In this document: piece by piece, positions 35,251-45,296 of the stretch
How positions within the stretch are numbered: position 1 is the first letter of the stretch
How the letters are laid out: each line of letters starts with the position of its first letter
Virus record (IMG/VR): IMGVR_UViG_3300030108_000328
Location: 1-54,828 of that record
Reading direction: 5' to 3' (one strand)
Source of the DNA: a virus
Taxonomy: Duplodnaviria > Caudoviricetes
Length of the DNA: 54,828 nucleotides
Made by a program: the position numbers and the translations under genes
The notes under the pieces: model-generated
Seen by the model: only the letters and a program-made list of their open reading frames with translations
Database searches by the model: none
Told to the model about the DNA's origin: nothing

Positions 35251-35337
35251 ATGATAATGAAACTATTATTACACGTTTTATTTTTGATGTTTGTAGCAGC
35301 TTTTCCATTCATATATATGCTTGTTGCGAGTATTTAG
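35251..35337 (+). CDS. 28-aa hydrophobic peptide, not in ORF track
   Basis: MIMKLLLHVLFLMFVAAFPFIYMLVASI; AAGG upstream. Confidence 0.45.
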   Translation: MIMKLLLHVLFLMFVAAFPFIYMLVASI

Positions 35338-35349
35338 ATAGAGAGATAC

Positions 35350-36135
35350 ATGGACTACAAAAAAGAAATCATAACAGATTTGTCTAACGAAGAGTATCAC
35401 TCTAGAGGTGGTGTATCCTCAAGTGCTGTAAAAGCAGTCTACAAAAAATCACTGGCACACTGGAAGGGTGAGAAGCGTAACTCTAGCAACGCAGCCTTTG
35501 CTATGGGTAGTGCAGTACATGCCAACCTGTTAGAGAAAGAACGCAACCTGGTGGTCAAAGGACCAAAGACTAAATCCAGTGCAGCGTTTAAAGAAATGCA
35601 AGCCAACCTAACTGAGGATCAGATCTTACTCACTGAGGTAGAGTTTAACGTAGCCAACTGTATAACTAGGGGTGCTCTAAACAATCCTGTATGCGCCTCT
35701 CACTTAAATCATCCTAACAGATTAAACGAGATCAGTATCTTTGTAGAAGATCCTATCTCAGGATTAACTTTAAAAACTAGACCAGACTTACTGATAGAAG
35801 AAGAGAACACAGTCTTTGATGTAAAGACAACACAGGATGCTAGTCCAAGAGGTTTCTTAAAAGAGTGCTTAAAGTATGGCTACCTTTTACAAGGTGCTCA
35901 CTACGTTTACACATGTAAGTTAGCAGGTTATGACGTAGATAAATTTTCTTTTATCGCCTGTGAAAAGACTGCACCCTTTCTTTCACACGTACATGTAATG
36001 GGTCAAGACATCATGCACTGGGGTATGAAACAACTGCACAAAACTTTAGCTGTTATTGCAAAAGCAGAAAAAGATTCTGACTACAGCACAGGTTGGGGTG
36101 ACTACACCGTTATTCAAAAACCTGATTGGTTGTAA
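35350..36135 (+). CDS. PD-(D/E)XK exonuclease VIII / RecE-like (DUF3799)
   Basis: LSNEEYH, SSSAVK, GSAVH, KTRPD, DVKTT, YLLQGAHY, EK.AP. Confidence 0.85.
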   Translation: MDYKKEIITDLSNEEYHSRGGVSSSAVKAVYKKSLAHWKGEKRNSSNAAFAMGSAVHANLLEKERNLVVKGPKTKSSAAFKEMQANLTEDQILLTEVEFNVANCITRGALNNPVCASHLNHPNRLNEISIFVEDPISGLTLKTRPDLLIEEENTVFDVKTTQDASPRGFLKECLKYGYLLQGAHYVYTCKLAGYDVDKFSFIACEKTAPFLSHVHVMGQDIMHWGMKQLHKTLAVIAKAEKDSDYSTGWGDYTVIQKPDWL

Positions 36136-36141
36136 TCTAAC

Positions 36142-36528
36142 ATGAGCACTAGAGCCAGAGCTTTGAGAGCAGGGTATCGTTCTGGTTTTGAAGATGATAC
36201 GGCAAAGTATCTAAAAGAAAAAGGTGTTGAGTTTACCTACGAGAAAGAACGTATAGAGTGGCTAGACATTAGAACTCGCCACTACACACCTGACTTTATT
36301 TTAAGTAACGGTATTGTCATAGAAACCAAAGGACGTTTCGTATCTAACGACAGACGTAAACATGTTGAGATACGGAAACAGTATCCTGATTTAGATTTAC
36401 GTTTTGTGTTTCAGAACAGTAGAGTTAAGTTGTACAAGGGTGCTAAGTCTTGTTACGCTGACTGGTGTAAACGTCATGGATTTAAATATGCTGATAAGGT
36501 AATACCTGATGAGTGGCTTGAAGAATAA
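36142..36528 (+). CDS. Endonuclease I / Holliday junction resolvase (T7 gp3-like)
   Basis: YRSGFE, YTPDF, IETKGRF, DLRFVF, IPDEWL. Confidence 0.93.
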   Translation: MSTRARALRAGYRSGFEDDTAKYLKEKGVEFTYEKERIEWLDIRTRHYTPDFILSNGIVIETKGRFVSNDRRKHVEIRKQYPDLDLRFVFQNSRVKLYKGAKSCYADWCKRHGFKYADKVIPDEWLEE

Positions 36529-36530
36529 TC

Positions 36531-36558
36531 TTGACGGAATGAATTTAATTCTTATAAC
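36531..36558 (+). promoter_or_regulatory. Sigma70-type promoter for nucleotide-metabolism genes
   Basis: TTGACG-N16-TATAAC(T). Confidence 0.65.
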
Positions 36559-36570
36559 TTGGAGATTCCT

Positions 36571-36732
36571 GTGTTGTTTGAAATAACAATGCTAGTTAAT
36601 TTAGATCCTGATGCTAACTTTATAGCTTCAGATAAAGACGGTGCAAAGATAGGGCTTGAACAAGTCGTGTCGGATGCAGTGTATGATATTGATGATGTTG
36701 AAATAGTAGAAATATATGTAAAGGAAAAATGA
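36571..36732 (+). CDS. 53-aa acidic hypothetical protein, not in ORF track
   Basis: GTG start with GGAG SD; ATGA overlap with MazG-like gene. Confidence 0.6.
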   Translation: MLFEITMLVNLDPDANFIASDKDGAKIGLEQVVSDAVYDIDDVEIVEIYVKEK

Positions 36733-37109
36733 TGCTAACACGACAAGACTTGGAAGACATGGGATACTTTGAGGCTTTTGAACAAAAAAAACCAATACAC
36801 TTAGATGATTACGCTGAGTGGGTTGAGAACAAGATCGTAACCACTGGTGACAAAAGAATACTAGAAAACACTATGGGATTTATTGGGGAGACTGGTGAGT
36901 TCTTTGAGAAGATAAAGAAACATGTAAGAGATAACACACCACTGGACAAGGATAGTGTTACACTAGAAGCAGGTGATGTAATTTTTTACTTTGTTGCTTT
37001 GTTGAACGTGCTAGATATAAAAGTAGAAAACGTTCTAAGAAAAAATATGGAAAAGTTAGATAGTAGAGAGAAGCGTGATAAAATAAAAGGATCGGGAGAC
37101 TATAGATGA
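36729..37109 (+). CDS. MazG-like nucleotide pyrophosphohydrolase
   Basis: GETGEFFEKIKK...EAGDVIFY...N..KL.SR...GSGD. Confidence 0.85.
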   Translation: MMLTRQDLEDMGYFEAFEQKKPIHLDDYAEWVENKIVTTGDKRILENTMGFIGETGEFFEKIKKHVRDNTPLDKDSVTLEAGDVIFYFVALLNVLDIKVENVLRKNMEKLDSREKRDKIKGSGDYR

Positions 37110-39004
37110 ATAACTATTTACCAACGGACTATCAATCATTTATTCACACATCAAGGTACGCTAAATACTTCGATGGTAAAGGCAGAGAATCCTGGTCTGA
37201 AACAGTAGACAGATATATGGGTAACGTTGTAGGTTACGACATTGACCACGAAGTTTACAACGAAATAAGAGAAGCTATCCTTGGACTAGAGATCATGCCT
37301 AGCATGAGAGCCATGATGACAGCAGGTGTAGCTTTAGAAAGAGACAACACTGCAGGATACAACTGCAGTTACTTACCCGTAGATGACCCAAAGTCCTTCG
37401 ATGAAGCTATGTTTATTCTCCTCTGTGGTACTGGTGTTGGCTTCAGTGTTGAGAGGCAGTTCATTAACAAGCTTCCCGAAATCCCTGAACTCTTCCAAAG
37501 TGATACTACCATTGTGGTAAAGGACAGCAAGGAGGGGTGGGCTAAAGCGTTCAGACAACTACTGGTGCTCCTATGGGCAGGTGAGATTCCATTGTGGGAT
37601 GTAAGCAGGGTTAGACCTGCAGGTGCAAGACTCAAAACATTTGGCGGTAGAGCCTCTGGCCCTGCTCCTCTTGTGGATCTGTTTAACTTTGCAGTTAAGA
37701 TGTTCAAGGGAGCAGAAGGGCGTAAGTTATCCTCAATAGAGTGTCACGATCTAATGTGTAAGATCGGAGAGATAGTAGTTGTAGGTGGTGTTAGACGTAG
37801 TGCTATGATTAGTCTGTCTAACCTCAGTGATGATCGTATGCGTCACGCTAAGTCTGGTAACTGGTGGGATAACGAACCCCAACGTGCCTTGGCTAACAAC
37901 AGCGTAGCTTACACAGAGAAACCAGATAGTCTGTCCTTCATGCGTGAGTGGATGGCACTAGTAGAATCAGGGAGTGGTGAACGTGGTATATTTAACAGGG
38001 AAGCATCTAAAAAACAGGCTGCAAAAAATGGCAGACGTGATTCGGACTACGACTTTGGAACTAATCCATGCAGTGAAATTATTCTTAGACCGTATCAGTT
38101 CTGTAATCTTACGGAAGTTGTGGTACGAGCCACAGATACGGTGGATGACTTGGCTAGAAAAGTCAGACTCGCCACAATACTTGGGACGATCCAAAGCACG
38201 TACACGAAATTTCCATACCTGCGAAAAGTGTGGACAACGAATACTGAAGAAGAACGTTTGTTGGGTGTGTCACTAACTGGTATTATGGACAACCCAATAA
38301 TGACTACAAAAAATAAAGGACTGGATAAAACACTTGAAAACCTACGTAACGTTGCTGTTGTTACTAACGCTGAGTGGGCTGATCGTCTTGGTATTCCACA
38401 ATCAGCAGCTATCACTTGTGTTAAACCATCAGGAACAGTCTCACAGTTGGTTGACTCTGCCTCTGGTATCCATGCACGTCATTCACCTTATTACATTAGA
38501 ACCGTTAGAGGAGATAACAAAGACCCTCTTACCACCTTCATGAAAGATCAAGGTATTCCTAGTGAGCCTGATGTGTTTAAACCAGATCAGACAACAGTGT
38601 TCTCGTTTCCTGTGAAAGCTCCTAACAAGGCTGTGGTTACATCTGATCTATCTGCTGTTGATCAACTCAATATGTGGTTGATGTATCAGAGAAACTGGTG
38701 TGAGCATAAACCTAGTGTAACAATCAACGTCAAGAAAGATGAGTGGTTTGAAGTTGGAACATTTGTGTATGAACACTTCGATGAAATGTCTGGTGTATCT
38801 TTCTTACCCTACAATGAACACACCTATCAACAGGCTCCGTACCAGGAGATAGATAAAGAAGAATACAAGAACATTCTATCCACTATGCCAAAAACTATTG
38901 ACTGGTCTAGACTCAGCGAGTATGAGAAAGAGGACACTACTAGTTCGAGTCAAACATTTGCTTGCACTGGTGATGTCTGCGAGGTAGTAGATATAGGAGC
39001 ATAA
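37106..39004 (+). CDS. nrdJ: Class II (adenosylcobalamin-dependent) ribonucleotide reductase
   Basis: YNC, GGVRRSA, TNPCSEI, TCVKPSGT, C-terminal CTGDVC; no nrdB partner. Confidence 0.92.
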   Translation: MNNYLPTDYQSFIHTSRYAKYFDGKGRESWSETVDRYMGNVVGYDIDHEVYNEIREAILGLEIMPSMRAMMTAGVALERDNTAGYNCSYLPVDDPKSFDEAMFILLCGTGVGFSVERQFINKLPEIPELFQSDTTIVVKDSKEGWAKAFRQLLVLLWAGEIPLWDVSRVRPAGARLKTFGGRASGPAPLVDLFNFAVKMFKGAEGRKLSSIECHDLMCKIGEIVVVGGVRRSAMISLSNLSDDRMRHAKSGNWWDNEPQRALANNSVAYTEKPDSLSFMREWMALVESGSGERGIFNREASKKQAAKNGRRDSDYDFGTNPCSEIILRPYQFCNLTEVVVRATDTVDDLARKVRLATILGTIQSTYTKFPYLRKVWTTNTEEERLLGVSLTGIMDNPIMTTKNKGLDKTLENLRNVAVVTNAEWADRLGIPQSAAITCVKPSGTVSQLVDSASGIHARHSPYYIRTVRGDNKDPLTTFMKDQGIPSEPDVFKPDQTTVFSFPVKAPNKAVVTSDLSAVDQLNMWLMYQRNWCEHKPSVTINVKKDEWFEVGTFVYEHFDEMSGVSFLPYNEHTYQQAPYQEIDKEEYKNILSTMPKTIDWSRLSEYEKEDTTSSSQTFACTGDVCEVVDIGA

Positions 39005-39005
39005 T

Positions 39006-39494
39006 ATGAAACCTTACGTTAGACCGTTTCAAAAGGATGTTTACGATGAAGTTGACACACCATCTAAACAAGCCTTGATAAAGGTTCTACTGTCTGAGGG
39101 TCATAAGATAGTTTCATCCAAAGAAGATTACTATGCTGACGTAGTATCTGAGAAGGACGGAGTTACTTATTATCATGAGGCAGAACGTAAAGCACAGTGG
39201 GGTCAGGATTATTTAAAAGAAAAGAACTATGATGTTCTTCCTGATAGTGGTTGGCCTCCATCCTGGAAAGAAGTTAGAATACCAGGAAGAAAGAAAAGGT
39301 TAATAAATAAATACAAAGATCAAATAGAGAATCTTTTCTTTTACGTGTTTAACTTTGAGTATGATAAAGCTTGGAAGATCAAAGCAACTCAGATGACTGA
39401 TGACGTTAATCACAGACCAGACTTCGCAAGAGTCCACAGGTCTGAAACGTTCTTTCACATTCCTTACGAAGAAGCAGAGCTAGTAACAGTATGA
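39006..39494 (+). CDS. Hypothetical protein, possible PD-(D/E)XK nuclease fold
   Basis: AD...HEAERK spacing; AGGAG SD. Confidence 0.55.
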   Translation: MKPYVRPFQKDVYDEVDTPSKQALIKVLLSEGHKIVSSKEDYYADVVSEKDGVTYYHEAERKAQWGQDYLKEKNYDVLPDSGWPPSWKEVRIPGRKKRLINKYKDQIENLFFYVFNFEYDKAWKIKATQMTDDVNHRPDFARVHRSETFFHIPYEEAELVTV

Positions 39495-39838
39495 AGTGTA
39501 AGAATTGCGGTTTCCTTTTAGATGATGATGGTCACTGTGGAGAGTGCAACAAATATAGTATTTCAGACATAATAGACTTAGCAGGAAGGAAAGAAATGAG
39601 TTCTAAATTTAATCCAGTTGATAGACCTTTTCATTATAATCATGCAGACGATGGCATAGAGTGTATCGACTACATAAAACAAGTGTTAGGTCTTGATGGC
39701 TTTATAGACTACTGTCATGGCAACGTAATCAAGTATCAACACCGTCACAAATATAAAACTAATCCTGTAGAAGATATGGAGAAAGCACAGTGGTATCTTG
39801 CCAGGATGTTAGAGTCGTTAAAAGAAAAACATAAATGA
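39491..39838 (+). CDS. DUF3310 (T7 gp1.7-like) protein with N-terminal Zn ribbon
   Basis: VDRPFHY...IECIDYI...GNVIKY...EDMEKAQWYL. Confidence 0.85.
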   Translation: MKCKNCGFLLDDDGHCGECNKYSISDIIDLAGRKEMSSKFNPVDRPFHYNHADDGIECIDYIKQVLGLDGFIDYCHGNVIKYQHRHKYKTNPVEDMEKAQWYLARMLESLKEKHK

Positions 39839-40059
39839 CTAACAAAGATAATAAAAAAACCCTTGAGCAAGAAGCCCAAGAGTTTGTGTCAAAGAAAGAC
39901 ACCACTCAGATAAAGGTGGAGACTGACGATTTTTTTGCAGGTCATGCCTTGTCAGGACTCCTTGCTTCTGGTAAGTATGTCAGGTCTGAGGAGATAGTTG
40001 AAGAAGCATTTTCTTACTCAGACAAAATGATAAAGTACAAAAAAACTAAAAAGAAATAA
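39835..40059 (+). CDS. Hypothetical protein
   Basis: DFFAGHALSGLLA...AFSYSDKM; ATGA overlap. Confidence 0.75.
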   Translation: MTNKDNKKTLEQEAQEFVSKKDTTQIKVETDDFFAGHALSGLLASGKYVRSEEIVEEAFSYSDKMIKYKKTKKK

Positions 40060-40065
40060 CAAACT

Positions 40066-40101
40066 AAAAAACCCCCAGTTAATTTCTGGGGGTTTCTTTT
40101 T
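40066..40101. terminator. Bidirectional intrinsic terminator between convergent arms
   Basis: A-run, CCCCCAG/CTGGGGG stem, T-run. Confidence 0.85.
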
Positions 40102-40103
40102 AT

Positions 40104-43100
40104 TCATCTCAATCCCGATTCTGCTTCTAGCATTCTATTTCTAAAACCCTCATCGTCTAAGAATGAAAGTATTAGTTCTAGTTGAGGAGGGTCTAACTCC
40201 CACAGATTCTTTTCTGAAGTTCCAAATGATTCTAAGTATTGTCTTAGTTTAGATTTCTTTATATTTTTATTTGTAATTGAGAATATTAATTCTGCTTTTC
40301 TGGGTTCATCTTTTTCAGAAACTCTCAGAACTTCTCTAACATCTTTCTTTGCCGCAACAAGAACGTCACTTAAAATCTTTTCTTTTTCAGCTAGTGTTCT
40401 TTCATCCCAGTTATTTTTAACAACAGTGTCTGCCCACATCTCTAGGTATGGAAAGATATAATCGTTGATAACGTTGGTTGCCTCTGGAATACTATACAAG
40501 TTTGTTTTCCACTGTGATCTACCTACATCGTTAAATAACTTTTCTATTGTTGATGGTGCTTCTATTGCACGATAACCAAGTATCCTTCCTATTGGAACTG
40601 CAGGTGTGTCCTCTTGGGTAGCTATCTTCTTTTCTACTGCGTTCTTTTTAAGAGCACCACCTGTCATTATATCAAATATTTCATCAGTATATCTCAAAGC
40701 ATTATTAAATTCTTTTACACCTTGTTTTTTGTCTGCATAAACGTAATCCTCACCTCTAGAAAATGCAATAATTTGATTAGCAGGATCAGCAACTCTACTA
40801 AAACCAGATGCGTACATACCCAAAGCCTCACCAAGAAGCTTCATACCGTTATCACCTGCTGCAGTTCCATCAAGATCAAGGATGCTTGTTCCTAGATCAC
40901 TGAGCACTCTACCCTGTGTACCAAGGTTTCTTATAAATCCTTGCACACCCACTTGCTCTGATATTACTCTCTTTAAATCTTGAGGCACGTCACCATCCCT
41001 TAACTTGTGTGCCATCGCTCTACCTAAAACTTTAAAGTGGCTGTACGGAAAGTCGTATTGTCTACTTACAATCTGTCCATCCGATTGTCTCTCCTCATGC
41101 CAAGCTAGGTTTTCATCAAGATTCTTTTTTTCTTTCATTGTTACTAGAGCCAGAGCACTCCAACCTGCAGCCATTCTAGCAATACCTTCATAAGGGTCTT
41201 GTTCAATACCTGCTGCTTTTCTGTAAACCATAGTTGCCCCTGAGTGTTTAAAGGTAAAAGCCAGGGTGTTGTTAAAGAACTGACCGAATGGAGCGATAGC
41301 TCCTATAACAGGTATCTTTCTTGTCTCTTCAATAATACCTGCAAGCATGGCAACAGGATCACCTTTTCTTGCCTGTACTACATTTGTGAAAGATCTAGAA
41401 AAAGTGTTATCAAGGGCTTCTGTTACAGCAGTTGTTTCTATTTTAAGAAACTTTTGATAAGCATCAGACGCAGGATCAGACAAGTACTCCCACACGTTGT
41501 CCTGTGTCATAAACTCGTTAAGGGTCATGTCATACTCAAGTCTTATTTGTTTATCAAGAGAATACATAAACTCTTGAGTTTTAGTAAGAAGATCTTGAGC
41601 TTTAACTCCGTAAAGTGTTTGTAAGTTTCTCGTTATCTTTTCAAAACTAGTTTCAGTTAACTTCTCACCAGGATTTAGTTGTAACTCTTTTAATACATCA
41701 TCTATTTCTACACCACCATTTATGTACCTAAATAATTCTTTCCTAGCCTCTGGTCTAAAAGTAAGATAATCCATAGCAGCTTCATAAGTCATGTAAGGAT
41801 CAAGAATATTTCTAGCTTTCTGACTCTGTAAATGGATCAGTTGTTTTGCTTTATTCCGATAGGATACTGCTGAATCTTTTCCGTCAAAGATTACATCTGC
41901 AAGACCGTAAAGACCTGCCTTTAACATGTCTGAGTAAGACTGCATACCAGATGCTTGAACCCAACCCTTTACGTTGAGGGCTGTAGTTCCAGGGTGCATA
42001 ACTAAATACTTAATAAAGTTCTTTTGAAAAGGTGCAGACTTTTCTGTAATTGTTTTGTATATACCTTTTTTAGCAGGATCTAACACAACATTGATAGCTT
42101 GTTCATTAGTAATATTATTTGTCTCTTTACCTGCTACTGTAAAAATAGAATTTAATTGTTTTGAAAGCTGTAATGTTTTACCTGCCTCACTTGCTTTAGA
42201 TGCAAAAGCTTTCATAAAATCTTCAAAAGAAATTTTACTTAATCTTTTATCTAATGCGTTACTAAATATTTTATCAAAAGATTTTTGAATGTTATCTAAT
42301 GTATTTTTATCTAACTTTTCAATTACTTCCCCTAGATATAAATTAAATCTATCGTCTGGAGATCTTGCACTCCACCTTTGTACACCTGCATCATATAAAA
42401 TATCTCTAAGACCTGTTACCGTTTTTTCATCACCAAATAAAAAGTATCTTACTAATTCAAGATCATGATTAAAATCAAATATATTTTCATCTATTTCTTT
42501 ATTATCTAATCTTACTTGTAGACCTTCTTTTACTCTTTCTGCCCACATATCAGCGAAAGAGGAGAGCCTTGCTGTTCCGTCTTCAATAACTTTTATATCT
42601 AGTTCATCGACAGACTTGGCTACATCAATAAGTCTAGCGGCCTCCTCCATGTTTGCTTGTCTAGCTGCGAGAGTTACTTGCTCTGACTGATCTATCAGAG
42701 TAGAGTAAAGAGGTATCTTAGATGTTCCTCTTAACTTGTTTAAAGCAAAGGCAAGACCACCTCCACCAATGCCACCCACTCCACTAAACAACAAAGCAAC
42801 AGGATCATACTCCTCCTGTGCTCCTGCTTTCATTCTTGCTTTTTGATTTAAAGCTTCAACTCCTATACCTGCTGCAGAATCAACACTAGCTGTAGCCACA
42901 ACCTCTTTATTAAGAGCTTTGTTAAGAGCAGTCTTATAACCTGCATCATTTATTATATTTTTTGTGTAGGCTTTACGAGCTTCTTTAGCAATCTTTTCCT
43001 GACCTCTTTTTGTTAGAGCTTTCTTACCAAGAGTTTTAGTAGCTGCTTCAGCAGCCTCTACTGCAGCTTGTTTAGCTACCTGACTAGCTGCTTTGGTAGC

Positions 43101-43580
43101 ACCAGATGCTGCAAGTTTACCAATACCAAGACTAAGAATGTTTACAGGGTCAACGATAAGAGCACGAGCATAGTCAAAAACAGCGTCAGCTTTCTCACCT
43201 ACCGTTCTTCCCTCACTGAACGCTCCATCAAGACTGTCAAATAAATTATAAGCATCTCCTGCAAGTTTTCTTCTACGAGCCAGTGCTTGTTCATCACCCT
43301 TGTTAAGATAGCTAAGTTCACCAACTGTAACAAGAGACTGACCAAAGTTAAACTTACGCATGTTGTTTACGTAAGAGTCTATGATCTTTTCCTTATCGTA
43401 CTGGTCTGTTGTCATACCAAAACGATCATCCATATATCTACTTATAACTTTAAAGTTTTCATCCTGACTTAGTTGAGCCATCAAAGAACCAGACGGTGCT
43501 TCTTTTTCTCTATCTTTCTTTACAGAAAAGAGATCATCATATTCTTCTTGAGAGTATGTTCGATACTGTGTTTGAGACAT
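40104..43580 (-). CDS. Large internal virion (ejection) protein
   Basis: 1158 aa helical, last gene of late arm. Confidence 0.7.
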   Translation of the reverse strand: MSQTQYRTYSQEEYDDLFSVKKDREKEAPSGSLMAQLSQDENFKVISRYMDDRFGMTTDQYDKEKIIDSYVNNMRKFNFGQSLVTVGELSYLNKGDEQALARRRKLAGDAYNLFDSLDGAFSEGRTVGEKADAVFDYARALIVDPVNILSLGIGKLAASGATKAASQVAKQAAVEAAEAATKTLGKKALTKRGQEKIAKEARKAYTKNIINDAGYKTALNKALNKEVVATASVDSAAGIGVEALNQKARMKAGAQEEYDPVALLFSGVGGIGGGGLAFALNKLRGTSKIPLYSTLIDQSEQVTLAARQANMEEAARLIDVAKSVDELDIKVIEDGTARLSSFADMWAERVKEGLQVRLDNKEIDENIFDFNHDLELVRYFLFGDEKTVTGLRDILYDAGVQRWSARSPDDRFNLYLGEVIEKLDKNTLDNIQKSFDKIFSNALDKRLSKISFEDFMKAFASKASEAGKTLQLSKQLNSIFTVAGKETNNITNEQAINVVLDPAKKGIYKTITEKSAPFQKNFIKYLVMHPGTTALNVKGWVQASGMQSYSDMLKAGLYGLADVIFDGKDSAVSYRNKAKQLIHLQSQKARNILDPYMTYEAAMDYLTFRPEARKELFRYINGGVEIDDVLKELQLNPGEKLTETSFEKITRNLQTLYGVKAQDLLTKTQEFMYSLDKQIRLEYDMTLNEFMTQDNVWEYLSDPASDAYQKFLKIETTAVTEALDNTFSRSFTNVVQARKGDPVAMLAGIIEETRKIPVIGAIAPFGQFFNNTLAFTFKHSGATMVYRKAAGIEQDPYEGIARMAAGWSALALVTMKEKKNLDENLAWHEERQSDGQIVSRQYDFPYSHFKVLGRAMAHKLRDGDVPQDLKRVISEQVGVQGFIRNLGTQGRVLSDLGTSILDLDGTAAGDNGMKLLGEALGMYASGFSRVADPANQIIAFSRGEDYVYADKKQGVKEFNNALRYTDEIFDIMTGGALKKNAVEKKIATQEDTPAVPIGRILGYRAIEAPSTIEKLFNDVGRSQWKTNLYSIPEATNVINDYIFPYLEMWADTVVKNNWDERTLAEKEKILSDVLVAAKKDVREVLRVSEKDEPRKAELIFSITNKNIKKSKLRQYLESFGTSEKNLWELDPPQLELILSFLDDEGFRNRMLEAESGLR

Positions 43581-44779
43581 TATCCAACCTCTTGTACAGA
43601 TATTCTTTTATTTCTTCCTGTTCCAGACTCTATTTTTCTAAATCTTTTTTCAGATCCATCAGGTAATGTTACAACAAGAGACTCTGAGTCTGGATTATTT
43701 CTAAAATATTCTTCCGCTTGTTCTTGAGGGTTTTGATAATCTTGAATAGTAATTACAGGAACTTGTGTGGTTGGTGGTGGAGTAGTTGTTTCATCATCCT
43801 CATTTCTTTCTTGATTTGTTTCTTGAGTAGGTTGATTGTAAGTTTCATCACCAGATATAAAAGGTAACAAGTCGCTATCTATAAAGCCAGGTTGATTTAT
43901 AAATAACTGAGGTGTCGTGTTATAAAATTGTTGAGCTATACCAAAACCAAGATCAGGATTTTGCATCATTTCTCTAAGCTGTTCTTTTGGATTATCTATT
44001 TCAGATATTCTCTCTAATTCTAATCTTCTATTTTGTAGATTACTTCTTTCATCTCCTGTTGCATCTTCAGCAGCAGCAACTAGACTTGCTATTTTTCTTT
44101 CTAATTCATCCCCATAGTCTAGCATTATTTGTCTTTGGTCCTGACGTATCTCTGTTGTGGATATAGCACCCAGTCCTGTGTAGTCAGTGTCAACACCACC
44201 TGCAGCATCTCTAGCCCTTATAGTAGGTTCTGAGATACTTGCCATAATGTCTGATCCTTTTCTACCCATGATCTCAGACGAATAAACATCATACCTAATC
44301 TCATCCATAGATGGAGTTCCAAACAGTTTCCCTAAGAAAGATCTTTCCTGTGCAGGAGGATCTAACTCTGCACCCTCTATAAAGTCAGGTGCTGCTTTCT
44401 TAATTAACTCTGAAGCAGTCATGTCTGGTGCTTCGTATCCCTCTGCCATTGTCACTGCACTATTTAAAATATTAGAAGAAAGTCTACCAGATTTTAACTT
44501 GTAGTTTTGAGCAACTTTATACAGACTTAACATTTCTTTTGGATCTGTGTCTAAAAGAGCTAAAGCTTTGTCTTCGTCAAGTCCGTTACCTGTTAAGTAA
44601 TCAAAAGCTTCTTGCAGTTGTACTTTAGATTTTTTTACTTCGTTACGTCTGTTAAGACCTGCTGTCCACAGGTACTCCTGCATGGCGTCAGATGTTTTTC
44701 GAGTGTATTCTCTGTTCTCTGCTAATCTATCTGAGAGAGCACCAAAGAAAGCACCTCTTTTTACTGCTGCTAATACCAT
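43580..44779 (-). CDS. Putative internal virion protein
   Basis: 399 aa helical; TAATG coupling. Confidence 0.6.
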   Translation of the reverse strand: MVLAAVKRGAFFGALSDRLAENREYTRKTSDAMQEYLWTAGLNRRNEVKKSKVQLQEAFDYLTGNGLDEDKALALLDTDPKEMLSLYKVAQNYKLKSGRLSSNILNSAVTMAEGYEAPDMTASELIKKAAPDFIEGAELDPPAQERSFLGKLFGTPSMDEIRYDVYSSEIMGRKGSDIMASISEPTIRARDAAGGVDTDYTGLGAISTTEIRQDQRQIMLDYGDELERKIASLVAAAEDATGDERSNLQNRRLELERISEIDNPKEQLREMMQNPDLGFGIAQQFYNTTPQLFINQPGFIDSDLLPFISGDETYNQPTQETNQERNEDDETTTPPPTTQVPVITIQDYQNPQEQAEEYFRNNPDSESLVVTLPDGSEKRFRKIESGTGRNKRISVQEVG

Positions 44780-44780
44780 T

Positions 44781-45296
44781 TTATTCCCTCGCCATTAAAC
44801 CTTTTGGTTTTTCTTCTATCGTTTCTTCTTCAGGTTTGTCTTGCGCTGACTCAGCAGCTTGTTTTAAAACTTTAAAACCTTCATCTCTTTTTTCTTTTGG
44901 TGTTGCCTCTACAGCACCCATAAGCACAGCAGCACGTTCCTCAGTACTCATTGCATCACCTTTAAAAGTTTCTTTATATTCTACACCTGCCATGTCAGCA
45001 GCTTTCATAATAAAAGATCTAATCACAGGCTCTGCTATCAAACTAACATCTATACTGTGTATTCCCTCAGATACTGCGACTGTCATCATAGACTCAGACA
45101 ATACCTTTGCAGGTACTCCAAACTCAAGAGCGTCAAGAACGTTGTCTATTACATCCTCTTGAGATACCCTGTCCATGTGAAATTTTATGGCATCGTTAAA
45201 ATCTGTTAACTCAGGAGGTCTTTCCCAAGGATAGTTCTTAGGATAGTCCGTAAGAGATTGTCCTGGCACTGCTGCCATAAGTGCTGCTTCTGTCAT
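44781..45296 (-). CDS. Virion-module hypothetical protein
   Basis: PGQSLT...YPWERPP; C-terminal KPKGLMAR. Confidence 0.7.
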   Translation of the reverse strand: MTEAALMAAVPGQSLTDYPKNYPWERPPELTDFNDAIKFHMDRVSQEDVIDNVLDALEFGVPAKVLSESMMTVAVSEGIHSIDVSLIAEPVIRSFIMKAADMAGVEYKETFKGDAMSTEERAAVLMGAVEATPKEKRDEGFKVLKQAAESAQDKPEEETIEEKPKGLMARE

